Shown here in pieces: positions 1 to 7,757 of a stretch of DNA of 32,000 nt. Below the pieces are notes generated by a model. The model was not told the origin of the DNA. It was given only the letters and a program-made list of their open reading frames with translations, and searched no databases. Source of the DNA: Candidatus Omnitrophota bacterium (GTDB taxonomy: Bacteria > Omnitrophota > Gorgyraeia > Zapsychrales > JANLHA01); the NCBI GenBank assembly GCA_963662715.1, contig OY759724.1, positions 2,790,001-2,822,000 on the forward strand, read 5' to 3'. Every line of letters starts with the position of its first letter. Positions within the stretch are counted from its first letter, which is position 1. The translations under genes and the position numbers were made by a program.

Positions 1-1
1 G

Positions 2-361
2 GCGACTCTTTTGCCGGATAATGCCATTGCCCTGGAGCCTGATTTCGAAATCACATCTTTGACTACGGGGCCGTACTCTATCTTCCCGATTTACGGGGAT
101 ATCACGCATATAACGTATGAAATCCCCGCAGATGCGGTGATTACTCTGGAAGTGCTGGATCCTGACGGCGTTTCGGTTCGCACGCTTATAAATGATGCAT
201 TGACGGAAGCAGGTCATTATACCGGTCTCGTTTGGGACGGCAAAGATGATACCGGACGGGTTGTTTCTCCGGCCGGGAATTATATCGTGAAACTCACAGC
301 AGTGAATGCCGCGGACGGGGAAACGAGTATCAAGTATGCCAATGTCACAATTTTTGATTAA
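2..361 (+). CDS. 3' part of an exported protein ending in a FlgD-Ig-like beta-sandwich domain (5' end outside window)
   Basis: The frame is open from the window edge. The pattern ITYEIP..VITLEVLDPDGVSVRTL..AGHYTGLVWDGKDDTGRVVSPAGNYIVKLTA is typical of FlgD Ig-like / T9SS-CTD-like domains. Confidence 0.6.
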   Translation, partial: ATLLPDNAIALEPDFEITSLTTGPYSIFPIYGDITHITYEIPADAVITLEVLDPDGVSVRTLINDALTEAGHYTGLVWDGKDDTGRVVSPAGNYIVKLTAVNAADGETSIKYANVTIFD

Positions 362-375
362 AGAAAGATGAAAAT

Positions 376-1260
376 ATGCTGCAAAGGACTTTAGTTTTTC
401 TGCTCATAACTTTTTTCTTGAGCCATAGTCCGCTTTGGGCTGAGGTTAAAGAACTGATTGCTTATTCAAGTCTCACGGATGGCTACTGGCAGATATGGAC
501 CATGGCCCCGGACGGAAGTCATAAACAGCAGGTGACGCGGTCTTTGTCTGATAAAAGGGACCCGGCATGGATGAACAACGGTCAGGCTTTGGTGTGCCGA
601 ACGAATAATGGCGAACTTTGGACTGTTGACCTTGCGACAAAAGAGGAAAAACAGGTCCTCACAAGATACACCATGATCCGTAATCCGCATTACTGCGATG
701 CCAGCCAGGAGATCGTTTTTGTCCGTTTTGACCCGCGGTCCCAGGGGGCGGGCTTTATATGGAAAACAGATTTGAAAGACAGCTACCCGGAGGTCCTAAC
801 CCGGGAAAGCATTCTGAAATATCAGCCGGTTTTTTCCTGGCAGTGCGACAAGATTGCCTTTGTCAAAGCTGATCAGGAATTAAAGAATCATCATGTATGG
901 CTCATGGACGCTGACGGCAAGAATCAGGAACAGTTGACAAAAGAAACAGGGCTGTTTACGCTCCCGGCGTTTTCTCCGGATCAGAAAAGCCTTGTTTTGA
1001 CCTCAAACTGTCAGGATGATAATTATGAAATTTATGTTCTGGATCTGGCAAGCCGGGAAACGAAGCGGATCACCAGCGATCCGGGGCTGGATACCCATGC
1101 CCGTTTTTCCCCGGACGGGAAAAATATTGTCTTTGTTTCCAACCGCAGCGGGAGTCAGCAGATCTGGACCATGGACCGGGAAGGCCGTAATCTGCAACAG
1201 CTCACCCGCGGCCCGGAGGAATGTGTCACTCCGGATTGGGGAAGGGCCGGGGAGGATTAG
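376..1260 (+). CDS. periplasmic TolB-like PD40 (WD40-like) beta-propeller repeat protein
   Basis: N-terminal signal peptide (LLITFFLSHSPLWAEV). Repeated PD40 motifs, e.g. FSPDQKSLVLTSN, FSPDGKNIVFVSNRSGSQQIWTMDREGRNLQQLT. Starts 14 nt after the upstream gene. Confidence 0.7.
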   Translation: MLQRTLVFLLITFFLSHSPLWAEVKELIAYSSLTDGYWQIWTMAPDGSHKQQVTRSLSDKRDPAWMNNGQALVCRTNNGELWTVDLATKEEKQVLTRYTMIRNPHYCDASQEIVFVRFDPRSQGAGFIWKTDLKDSYPEVLTRESILKYQPVFSWQCDKIAFVKADQELKNHHVWLMDADGKNQEQLTKETGLFTLPAFSPDQKSLVLTSNCQDDNYEIYVLDLASRETKRITSDPGLDTHARFSPDGKNIVFVSNRSGSQQIWTMDREGRNLQQLTRGPEECVTPDWGRAGED

Positions 1261-1297
1261 ACATTGTTTATATTAATTCATACATGAGGGTTATATT

Positions 1298-1678
1298 ATG
1301 AAAAATTTATCTCTATCCGTATTCATGCTTTTATTTTGTGCCTTGTCAGCAAACGTTTTATACGCCCAGTCCGTTATTCCGGTCACACTCAATCTTGTTC
1401 AGGAAGAACCGGATAAAAAAGGGACGGATATAACGAATATCTATACGGTAGAAATTCAGGCTGATCAGCCGGCAGACGTTGAAGGCAGGACATTTGAAAT
1501 CGTTTATTTCCTGGATGATATTGTTATTCAAAGATTTGATCAGCAGACATTGCCGTTTTCGTTCAAAAGAAATTACAAAGGGAAGAAACCGGGTGCGCAT
1601 AAGATACGTGTTGAGCTCCTTGATGAAAACGGCAATAAAGTCGCCCAGAAGAGTGTAACCGTAAATGTGGTCTATTAA
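1298..1678 (+). CDS. small secreted protein, probable Ig-like fold
   Basis: Signal peptide MKNLSLSVFMLLFCALSANVLYAQS. The C-terminus GAHKIRVELLDENGNKVAQKSVTVNVVY resembles bacterial Ig-like domains. Same strand, short gaps to neighbours. Confidence 0.45.
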   Translation: MKNLSLSVFMLLFCALSANVLYAQSVIPVTLNLVQEEPDKKGTDITNIYTVEIQADQPADVEGRTFEIVYFLDDIVIQRFDQQTLPFSFKRNYKGKKPGAHKIRVELLDENGNKVAQKSVTVNVVY

Positions 1679-1696
1679 TAACCGGAACCTTTAATA

Positions 1697-2449
1697 ATGA
1701 GTTACTTGGTCAATATCATATTTCTTGTGTTTATCCTGTCCGGCTGTCAGACCGTGACGGCCCCGCCGGCAAGTGGGCCTGTTACATCTGGGGTGTCTCC
1801 CTCCGAAACAAAGCCTTTTTATGAAGGAGAAGTTAAAGTCTCCGATACCTCTTTTGCCCAGGCAACCGGTAAGATTGTTTACACCCTGGCCGAACCCGCT
1901 TTGGTCCGTATCCGCATAGGCCAGGAGAACGGGGCTTTGTTAAGGACTTTCCTGGATTGGGAAGAACAGGAAAAGGGGGAGCATGTTCTGGCCTGGGACA
2001 GGAAAGATCAGAGCGGCCGGGTGGACTTTTCTTCCCGTAGGGATATAAGCGCGGTGGTCTTTGCAATGTCCCGGGACTCGAAAGAACGTGAAAAATATAA
2101 AGGGCCTATCCAGGGGTTTCGTAAAGCCCCGGAAGTGCATATTGAGTTCCCGGAAAGTTCGCAGGAAAACAGAAAGGGTGTTCCTGTCGTTAAAGGCCGG
2201 GTCCCGGTCAGAATTTCCGTTGATGACAAAGATAAAGAATGGTTAACCGAAACAAAATACGGCATGGTTATTTTTTTTGATTCCGCGTTTGTGATGGCCG
2301 ATGAGGAAGGCCTCAGCCCGTATACCTATATATTAGAGACCAAAAGACTCAATGACGGCCCGCATGTCATAACTGTCAATGTCGTGGCTTATTCCGGCGA
2401 GATCGCTGCGGCCAGCCGGATGATAGATTTAAAAAACAAAAACGAATAG
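1697..2449 (+). CDS. lipoprotein with an FlgD-Ig-like domain and a C-terminal Ig-like domain
   Basis: Lipobox ILSGC near the N-terminus. GKIVYTLAEPALVRIRIGQENGALLRTF..GEHVLAWDRKDQSGR matches the FlgD-Ig pattern. The C-terminus LNDGPHVITVNVVAYSGEIAA is Ig-like. Stop lies 9 nt before the Rhs start. Confidence 0.55.
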   Translation: MSYLVNIIFLVFILSGCQTVTAPPASGPVTSGVSPSETKPFYEGEVKVSDTSFAQATGKIVYTLAEPALVRIRIGQENGALLRTFLDWEEQEKGEHVLAWDRKDQSGRVDFSSRRDISAVVFAMSRDSKEREKYKGPIQGFRKAPEVHIEFPESSQENRKGVPVVKGRVPVRISVDDKDKEWLTETKYGMVIFFDSAFVMADEEGLSPYTYILETKRLNDGPHVITVNVVAYSGEIAAASRMIDLKNKNE

Positions 2450-2458
2450 GACTTTCTC

Positions 2459-5400
2459 ATGTTCAATCTAACCAAATTCCGGGGTATTTCTATTTTAACT
2501 TTATTCTTTTTTATCTGTTCTTGTATCATGCCGTATGTGCAAAGAGCTGAAGCAAATGTAGGATTTGTAGTCTTGTATGTTTATGCCTTGCTTTTCCCTG
2601 GTTCGTGGCCGTCCGGAGGGACGAATCTGGGCAGCGGCAACTCAAGCAGCGGCTCAGGTTCCGGCAGCGGCGGTTCACAAAACGGCCCCCAAAACCCGCA
2701 GACCCTCGATAAAGACTGTCCCAACGGGGATTGTGTGGGGATGTGGTCAAGCCCGAATCCTGTCTCTTACTACAGCGGGCAGGAGAGTTTCAGCCACGTG
2801 GATTTAACAATCCCCGGCCTTGGCATGGATGTGGTCATTGCCCATTCCTATAAAAGTGTGTTTGACTTTAATAATCAGTTCGGCTACGGCTGGATGCTGA
2901 ATTATTACGGCCGTCTCATCCCCCTGTCAAACGGCAACGTCACCGTTATTCTGGGAGAGGACAGCAGCGTCAATACGTTCACCTATTCCGGGGGCGAATT
3001 TATCCCGCCTTACGGCGTGTTCCAGGAATTAAAACAGAACAGCGGCGGCACCTGGACTCTCACCAAAGAGCACGGGAAACAATATCATTTTGACTTGAAC
3101 GGCAATTTGGCTTCTATAAAAGACCGTAACGGCAACGAGATCAAGTTTACCTACTCGATCGGGACATATCCTATCCTTGACAGCGGTACCGGAGACGTTC
3201 TGGCCAATGATTACCGCCTCCTGCACATTACGGATACGCTTACCCGTAACATTGATTTGGTGTATAACCCGTCCGGGCGCCTGGCCGCGATTTATGACCC
3301 CCTGGGCCGTTCCGTGACGTATTCCTACGACCCTAATACGGATGACCTTCTGTCCATAACCCTGGAAGGCGTGAGCCCGTATCCTTCGGGGCTCAGCAAG
3401 CAGTTTACTTATAATGCCGACCATAATCTGGAAAGCGTTACGGATGCCAAGGGCCAGACCTATTTGGTGAACCATTATGATACAGACCAAAGGGTGTACC
3501 AGCAGGATTACGGCAACGGCAGTATTCTCATGGATTATGATGATGTCTTCGGCACAACAACGGTGACCGACCGTAAAGGGAATGTTAAAAAATATACTTT
3601 CACGTCCAGCGGGGAAGCGCAGATCATCGAAACCTTTACCAGCGGGCTGCGCGCCGGGGAGCCGGGCAGTTACAATACCTATTATGCCTTTAACTATCTT
3701 TCCAAACCTGTCCAGGTCAAGTACCCGAACAAAAACGGCATTATGTACACCTATGATACGTCTAATTTAGATCCCCGCGCAAAAGGCAATCTCCTGCAGA
3801 TCAAGCGTGTGGCGGATATGGACGATCCCTATACCACGGATGTCCTGGCCACGAACATGACCTATGAACAGGAGTACAATCAGGTCAGCACGGTTACAGA
3901 CCCGGAAGGCAATATCGTGACCTATGTCTATGATTATCAGCTTATGACCTCGGACCCCCGTTTCGATGACAAGGGAAATCTGGCAAGGATCATTTATCCT
4001 GCGGTGAACGGCCAGACCCCTGTCATTGACTATACGTACAATCAATACGGCCAGGTGACGGAGATCGAAGACCCGAACGACAATATCACCCAGTATACTT
4101 ATTATGCCTCCAGCGGGCTTGTGTATCAAATCATTCAGGACCCGGGCGGGATCAATGCGGTCACCACCTTCACCTACGATACGTACTTAAACATCGATAC
4201 GATCACTGATCCGAACGGGCACACCACGGATTTTGATTATAATGAAATCGGCTGGCTCATGGAGACCACGAACCATCTGGGGTACAGCACGCGCTACACC
4301 TATGATGCCAACGGGAATGTCACGCAAATCGACCGGCAGGCGAATGCCTCCGGGACAAGCTGGCAGACCACAATATATACTTATGATATTCTAAATCATG
4401 TCCGGACCATGACCGATCCGCTGGGCCGGATAACCACCTATACCTATGACAATGAAGAGAACCTCATATCTGTCGAAGACGCGGAAACGAATGTCACCAC
4501 TTACGAATATGATGAACGGAATCTTTTGTTCACCGTCACGGACGCCAACACGCCAGGAGGTGTCACCCGTTATGATTATGACTGGAACGGCAACCTGCAG
4601 AAAATTCATGACGCTAACGGGCACATCACGGAATATCAGTATGACGAATTCAACCGCCTGGTGACAACCATATACCCGGATTCATCCGCCACCTGGTTTG
4701 AATATGACGATAATTCCAACCTCGAGCTGCAGACACTCGCCAGCGGCGAGACCGTCACCTATGAATATGATGAATTGAACCGGCTGACGGACAAACGTTT
4801 CCCGTCTCATCCGTCTCTGGATGTGTCCTATTCCTATGATGTGGGGTCGCGTATGCTGACGGCCGATACCGCGGCCGGCGCGATAAGCTTCACTTATGAC
4901 CATCTGAACCGCGTGGATGCCACGACCCAGACCGTCGCCGGGCTGGCGGCCAAGACCGTTGATTATACGTATGACCAGGCCGGCAACCGCACGCAGGTGG
5001 AGTATCCTTCAACGAAAACCGTTGTTTATGATTATGATGAGATCAACCGCTTGACCAATGTGGAGGTGGACGGCGCGTCTTTGGTGGATTTTACCTATGA
5101 TACTTTAAACCGGCGGACATTAAAGAGTTTTACGGCCGCGCCATCGCTGGATACCTCCTACGCTTATAATAATGATAACACCCTGGACAATATGGTGAAT
5201 CAAATCAACGGCGGGGCTGTGATTTCGCAGTATAGTTATGCGTATGATGGGGTAGGCAACCGTATCGGCGTGATAACGGCCGCTGATAACATCACCTATA
5301 ATTACAATGATATTTATGAGCTTACGTCCGTGACCGGCAGTCAAAGCCATGCTTATGATTATGATGGTGTTGGCAATCGCCTGACCGCCGATAGCCTTAC

Positions 5401-6487
5401 TTACGTCCCGGATGAATTGAATCAGTATGATTCGGTGGACAGTGTGACCTTTACCTATGATCAGACCGGCAACCTTACCGATGACGGGAATAATACTTAC
5501 AGTTATGATGAAGAGAACCGGTTAACGGACGCAAGTAATGTTTCCCATGTCGCGATCTATCAGTACGATGCCTTTAACCGGCGGGTTAGCAAGAATGTCG
5601 ATGGGGTTGTGACGTATTTTGTGTATGATGGCGATGAGGTGATAGCGGAATACGATTCGTCAGGTATTCTTGAATCTGAGTATGTGTATTCCGATAACAT
5701 CGATGAAGTTTTAACGATGGACAGGAACCTCACAACGTATTATTATCATTATGATGGTTTGGGATCGGTCACGGAAGTGACTGACCTTGCCGGTGCTGTT
5801 CAGGAATCGTATAAATATGATCCTTACGGACAGCCTTCGTTCTTTGACGGTTCTGGTTCACCTTTGACCGAGAGCTCAATCGGCAATCCCTACATGTTCA
5901 CCGGAAGAAGATGGGACAATGAGACGGATATCTATTATTATCGGGCTCGAATGTATGACCCTACGATAGGGAGATTTTTGCAGAGAGATCCGATTGGGTA
6001 TGAAGATGGGATGAATTTGTACAGTTATACAAAAAATAATCCCATCAATTATGTCGATCCATCTGGCGAGATTACTTTATATTTCGCTGTAGTTTCTGGT
6101 ATAATGATATTGGTCCTTGTCACTGAATTTGCAGTGCTTTCTATCGCAGGCTCAATGCAATTATTGGACGAACCAAAGAAATGTGAAATACTGCGTGCAG
6201 TCAAGTATGTTTTGAATGAAATAAGTAACCTTTTTTCAGAAGATTTAACGGGTAAAGAAAATTTGTATAAAATAGAAGACTATGGTGAAATAGGTGAAAT
6301 TAAAAATGCAGACCTTGCAGAAAAAGAGAAAGATCCCTCTTTTTCCCCTGCTGCTGATTTAGCAGCAACTGTTTTATTAGATTCTGATCCTGATGAAATT
6401 ACATTGTTTTACCCTTTACCTATACCAAAACCACGATATTTTGGAACATATGATTTTAATAGGGGATTTGTACCACTACCTAAGTAG
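2459..6487 (+). CDS. Rhs/YD-repeat polymorphic toxin (1342 aa). It has an N-terminal signal/anchor and Gly/Ser linker, a YD-repeat shell, an Rhs-associated core ending NPINYVDPSGE, then a ~139-aa C-terminal toxin tip of unknown family.
   Basis: Dozens of YD repeats (YTYD..GN...). Core signature YYYHYDGLGSVTEVTD..YDPYGQ..NPYMFTGRRWDNETDIYYYRARMYDPTIGRFLQRDPIGYEDGMNLYSYTKNNPINYVDPSGE. No PAAR, VgrG or LXG motifs seen. Confidence 0.95.
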   Translation: MFNLTKFRGISILTLFFFICSCIMPYVQRAEANVGFVVLYVYALLFPGSWPSGGTNLGSGNSSSGSGSGSGGSQNGPQNPQTLDKDCPNGDCVGMWSSPNPVSYYSGQESFSHVDLTIPGLGMDVVIAHSYKSVFDFNNQFGYGWMLNYYGRLIPLSNGNVTVILGEDSSVNTFTYSGGEFIPPYGVFQELKQNSGGTWTLTKEHGKQYHFDLNGNLASIKDRNGNEIKFTYSIGTYPILDSGTGDVLANDYRLLHITDTLTRNIDLVYNPSGRLAAIYDPLGRSVTYSYDPNTDDLLSITLEGVSPYPSGLSKQFTYNADHNLESVTDAKGQTYLVNHYDTDQRVYQQDYGNGSILMDYDDVFGTTTVTDRKGNVKKYTFTSSGEAQIIETFTSGLRAGEPGSYNTYYAFNYLSKPVQVKYPNKNGIMYTYDTSNLDPRAKGNLLQIKRVADMDDPYTTDVLATNMTYEQEYNQVSTVTDPEGNIVTYVYDYQLMTSDPRFDDKGNLARIIYPAVNGQTPVIDYTYNQYGQVTEIEDPNDNITQYTYYASSGLVYQIIQDPGGINAVTTFTYDTYLNIDTITDPNGHTTDFDYNEIGWLMETTNHLGYSTRYTYDANGNVTQIDRQANASGTSWQTTIYTYDILNHVRTMTDPLGRITTYTYDNEENLISVEDAETNVTTYEYDERNLLFTVTDANTPGGVTRYDYDWNGNLQKIHDANGHITEYQYDEFNRLVTTIYPDSSATWFEYDDNSNLELQTLASGETVTYEYDELNRLTDKRFPSHPSLDVSYSYDVGSRMLTADTAAGAISFTYDHLNRVDATTQTVAGLAAKTVDYTYDQAGNRTQVEYPSTKTVVYDYDEINRLTNVEVDGASLVDFTYDTLNRRTLKSFTAAPSLDTSYAYNNDNTLDNMVNQINGGAVISQYSYAYDGVGNRIGVITAADNITYNYNDIYELTSVTGSQSHAYDYDGVGNRLTADSLTYVPDELNQYDSVDSVTFTYDQTGNLTDDGNNTYSYDEENRLTDASNVSHVAIYQYDAFNRRVSKNVDGVVTYFVYDGDEVIAEYDSSGILESEYVYSDNIDEVLTMDRNLTTYYYHYDGLGSVTEVTDLAGAVQESYKYDPYGQPSFFDGSGSPLTESSIGNPYMFTGRRWDNETDIYYYRARMYDPTIGRFLQRDPIGYEDGMNLYSYTKNNPINYVDPSGEITLYFAVVSGIMILVLVTEFAVLSIAGSMQLLDEPKKCEILRAVKYVLNEISNLFSEDLTGKENLYKIEDYGEIGEIKNADLAEKEKDPSFSPAADLAATVLLDSDPDEITLFYPLPIPKPRYFGTYDFNRGFVPLPK

Positions 6488-6493
6488 AATATT

Positions 6494-6727
6494 ATGACAG
6501 ATAATGAATTTGACTTGTTAAGAGCTCAAAGTGATAAAAATAAAATTAACGGATTATTTATTGCTGGAATAATTGGTAGTATAGGTTTTATTTCTCTAGC
6601 TTGTTATATGTTTACCCAAATTGACATAGCTACAGGAGCATCTATTGTTATGTTAATTTGGGGATTAGTAATACTGATCACAACAACAAGCATTTTTTTG
6701 TCTTATAAGATAAAAAACAAAAAATAA
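6494..6727 (+). CDS. putative cognate immunity protein, 77 aa with two predicted TM helices
   Basis: Starts 6 nt after the Rhs stop. Hydrophobic stretches GLFIAGIIGSIGFISLACYMF and ASIVMLIWGLVILITTTSIFLSY. AT-rich like the toxin tip. Confidence 0.6.
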   Translation: MTDNEFDLLRAQSDKNKINGLFIAGIIGSIGFISLACYMFTQIDIATGASIVMLIWGLVILITTTSIFLSYKIKNKK

Positions 6728-6736
6728 GATGTTAAA

Positions 6737-6773
6737 GAGACACAATACTTAACTCGGCCAATCCCCACCGCCG
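6737..6773. repeat. cassette-end repeat (right part), copy after the main immunity gene
   Basis: AGAGACACAATACTTAACTCGGCCAATCCCCACCGCC matches 12513-12551 and 14103-14142. A degenerate left part, ATGAAAGTACCAGTCC, lies at 6805-6820. Confidence 0.7.
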
Positions 6774-6918
6774 TTGCCAGATTTGGCTTTAGTGATCATG
6801 TTGAATGAAAGTACCAGTCCAAAATATTAAAATACTACAGCTAAAATGTTGATAACTTTGCTGTAGTTTTCATTTTTTGCTCTTTTTCATATAGGACATT
6901 TCGAAAAGCATCCAATAG

Positions 6919-7380
6919 TCTGATCCTACGATTGGGAGGTTTTTGCAAAGAGATCCAGTAGGATACTTTGATTCGATGAGTCTATATGAATATGCCGATA
7001 GTGTCGGAAAACCTATTGTAGAAACAAATCTGTACTCTTATACCGGAAATGACCCCGTAAATTGGATAGATCCTTTGGGTTTGTTGAAGAGGGATCATCG
7101 TTTCTGGGAGAATGTCAAAGAAGGGGTAATGAATAATCTTAAAAAGAAGTATGCTAAGTTTAAGAAAGAGAATCCCTGTGAAGAAGCTCCGCCAATTGCC
7201 GGGGAAGATTTGGAGAGCTCATTAGATAAATTTGCAGAAGCTTTTGCCGATGAATTAACAGAGAAAGAATTCGGTTTCTTGGGCAGGGGCGTTGAAAAAA
7301 ATAGTGATGCTGTTAAGGAACGCTTAAAAATTAAATATCCTGATTGGCCATGGGAAGAATGGGACATAATTTTTAAATGA
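6919..7380 (+). CDS. orphan Rhs C-terminal cassette 1: short core-homology (DPTIGRFLQRDPVGY...NDPVNWIDPLGL) plus a ~99-aa helical toxin tip of unknown family
   Basis: The frame opens at 6919, directly after a stop. About 100 nt are homologous to main rhs around 5955-6060. DPLGL lies at 7069-7083. There is no ATG; the only possible start is TTG at 6943. Confidence 0.8.
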   Translation, partial: SDPTIGRFLQRDPVGYFDSMSLYEYADSVGKPIVETNLYSYTGNDPVNWIDPLGLLKRDHRFWENVKEGVMNNLKKKYAKFKKENPCEEAPPIAGEDLESSLDKFAEAFADELTEKEFGFLGRGVEKNSDAVKERLKIKYPDWPWEEWDIIFK

Positions 7381-7754
7381 GAAATAACCTGAGAGAGCAC
7401 GTTCCAAGGCGGAAACTAATATTGGGATGTTTTATGGGGTTTTGCTTTGGTATTCTAATAATCGTTTGCGGGGATTTTGTTTCAAATATTCCGAATTATT
7501 CAAGCAGCTTTTTCCTGAATTCAATTTATTGGGTATGTACCTATTTAGCCAGTGTGGCGGCAATACTGGCAAAGCTAATATTAGGAACATTCTTTAATAA
7601 ATGGTACTCAGTGGTATTAAATTTAATCGCATTGATGTATTTTTCAGTATTGGGAATGTGTTGTGTTGTTCTGTTTAGAAGGGGTAAAAAAATTTTTATA
7701 TTTGTTTTCATTGCTCTTCTGGTCGTTCATGGAGCAGGTCTGTATTTATTCTGA
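7377..7754 (+). CDS. putative immunity protein for orphan 1, polytopic membrane protein (about 4 TM)
   Basis: ATGA start/stop overlap with the orphan toxin. Four long hydrophobic segments. Confidence 0.6.
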   Translation: MRNNLREHVPRRKLILGCFMGFCFGILIIVCGDFVSNIPNYSSSFFLNSIYWVCTYLASVAAILAKLILGTFFNKWYSVVLNLIALMYFSVLGMCCVVLFRRGKKIFIFVFIALLVVHGAGLYLF

Positions 7755-7757
7755 GAT

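Noticed and set aside
2459-2800. PAAR / T6SS-type or lipoprotein N-terminal trafficking domain in the Rhs protein
   Set aside because: Only a hydrophobic segment and a GSGNSSSGSGSGSGGS linker are visible. There are no PAAR motifs. The ICSC sequence is a poor lipobox. The secretion route is left as unknown.
3029-5350. Several 70-150-aa minus-strand ORFs inside rhs (3029-3490, 3767-4129, 4391-4624, 4682-4903, 5120-5350). The same reasoning covers 13132-13653 (-), 22573-23007 (-) and 24541-25137 (-).
   Set aside because: They are antisense shadows of well-supported long genes. Their sequences are low-complexity and Ile/Arg-rich, with no start context or motifs.
6835-6880. Terminator-like inverted repeat CTACAGC...GCTGTAG followed by a T-rich tract after the main immunity gene
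   Set aside because: The 7-bp stem is AT-moderate and the loop is 18 nt, which is weak for an intrinsic terminator. It is mentioned but not called.
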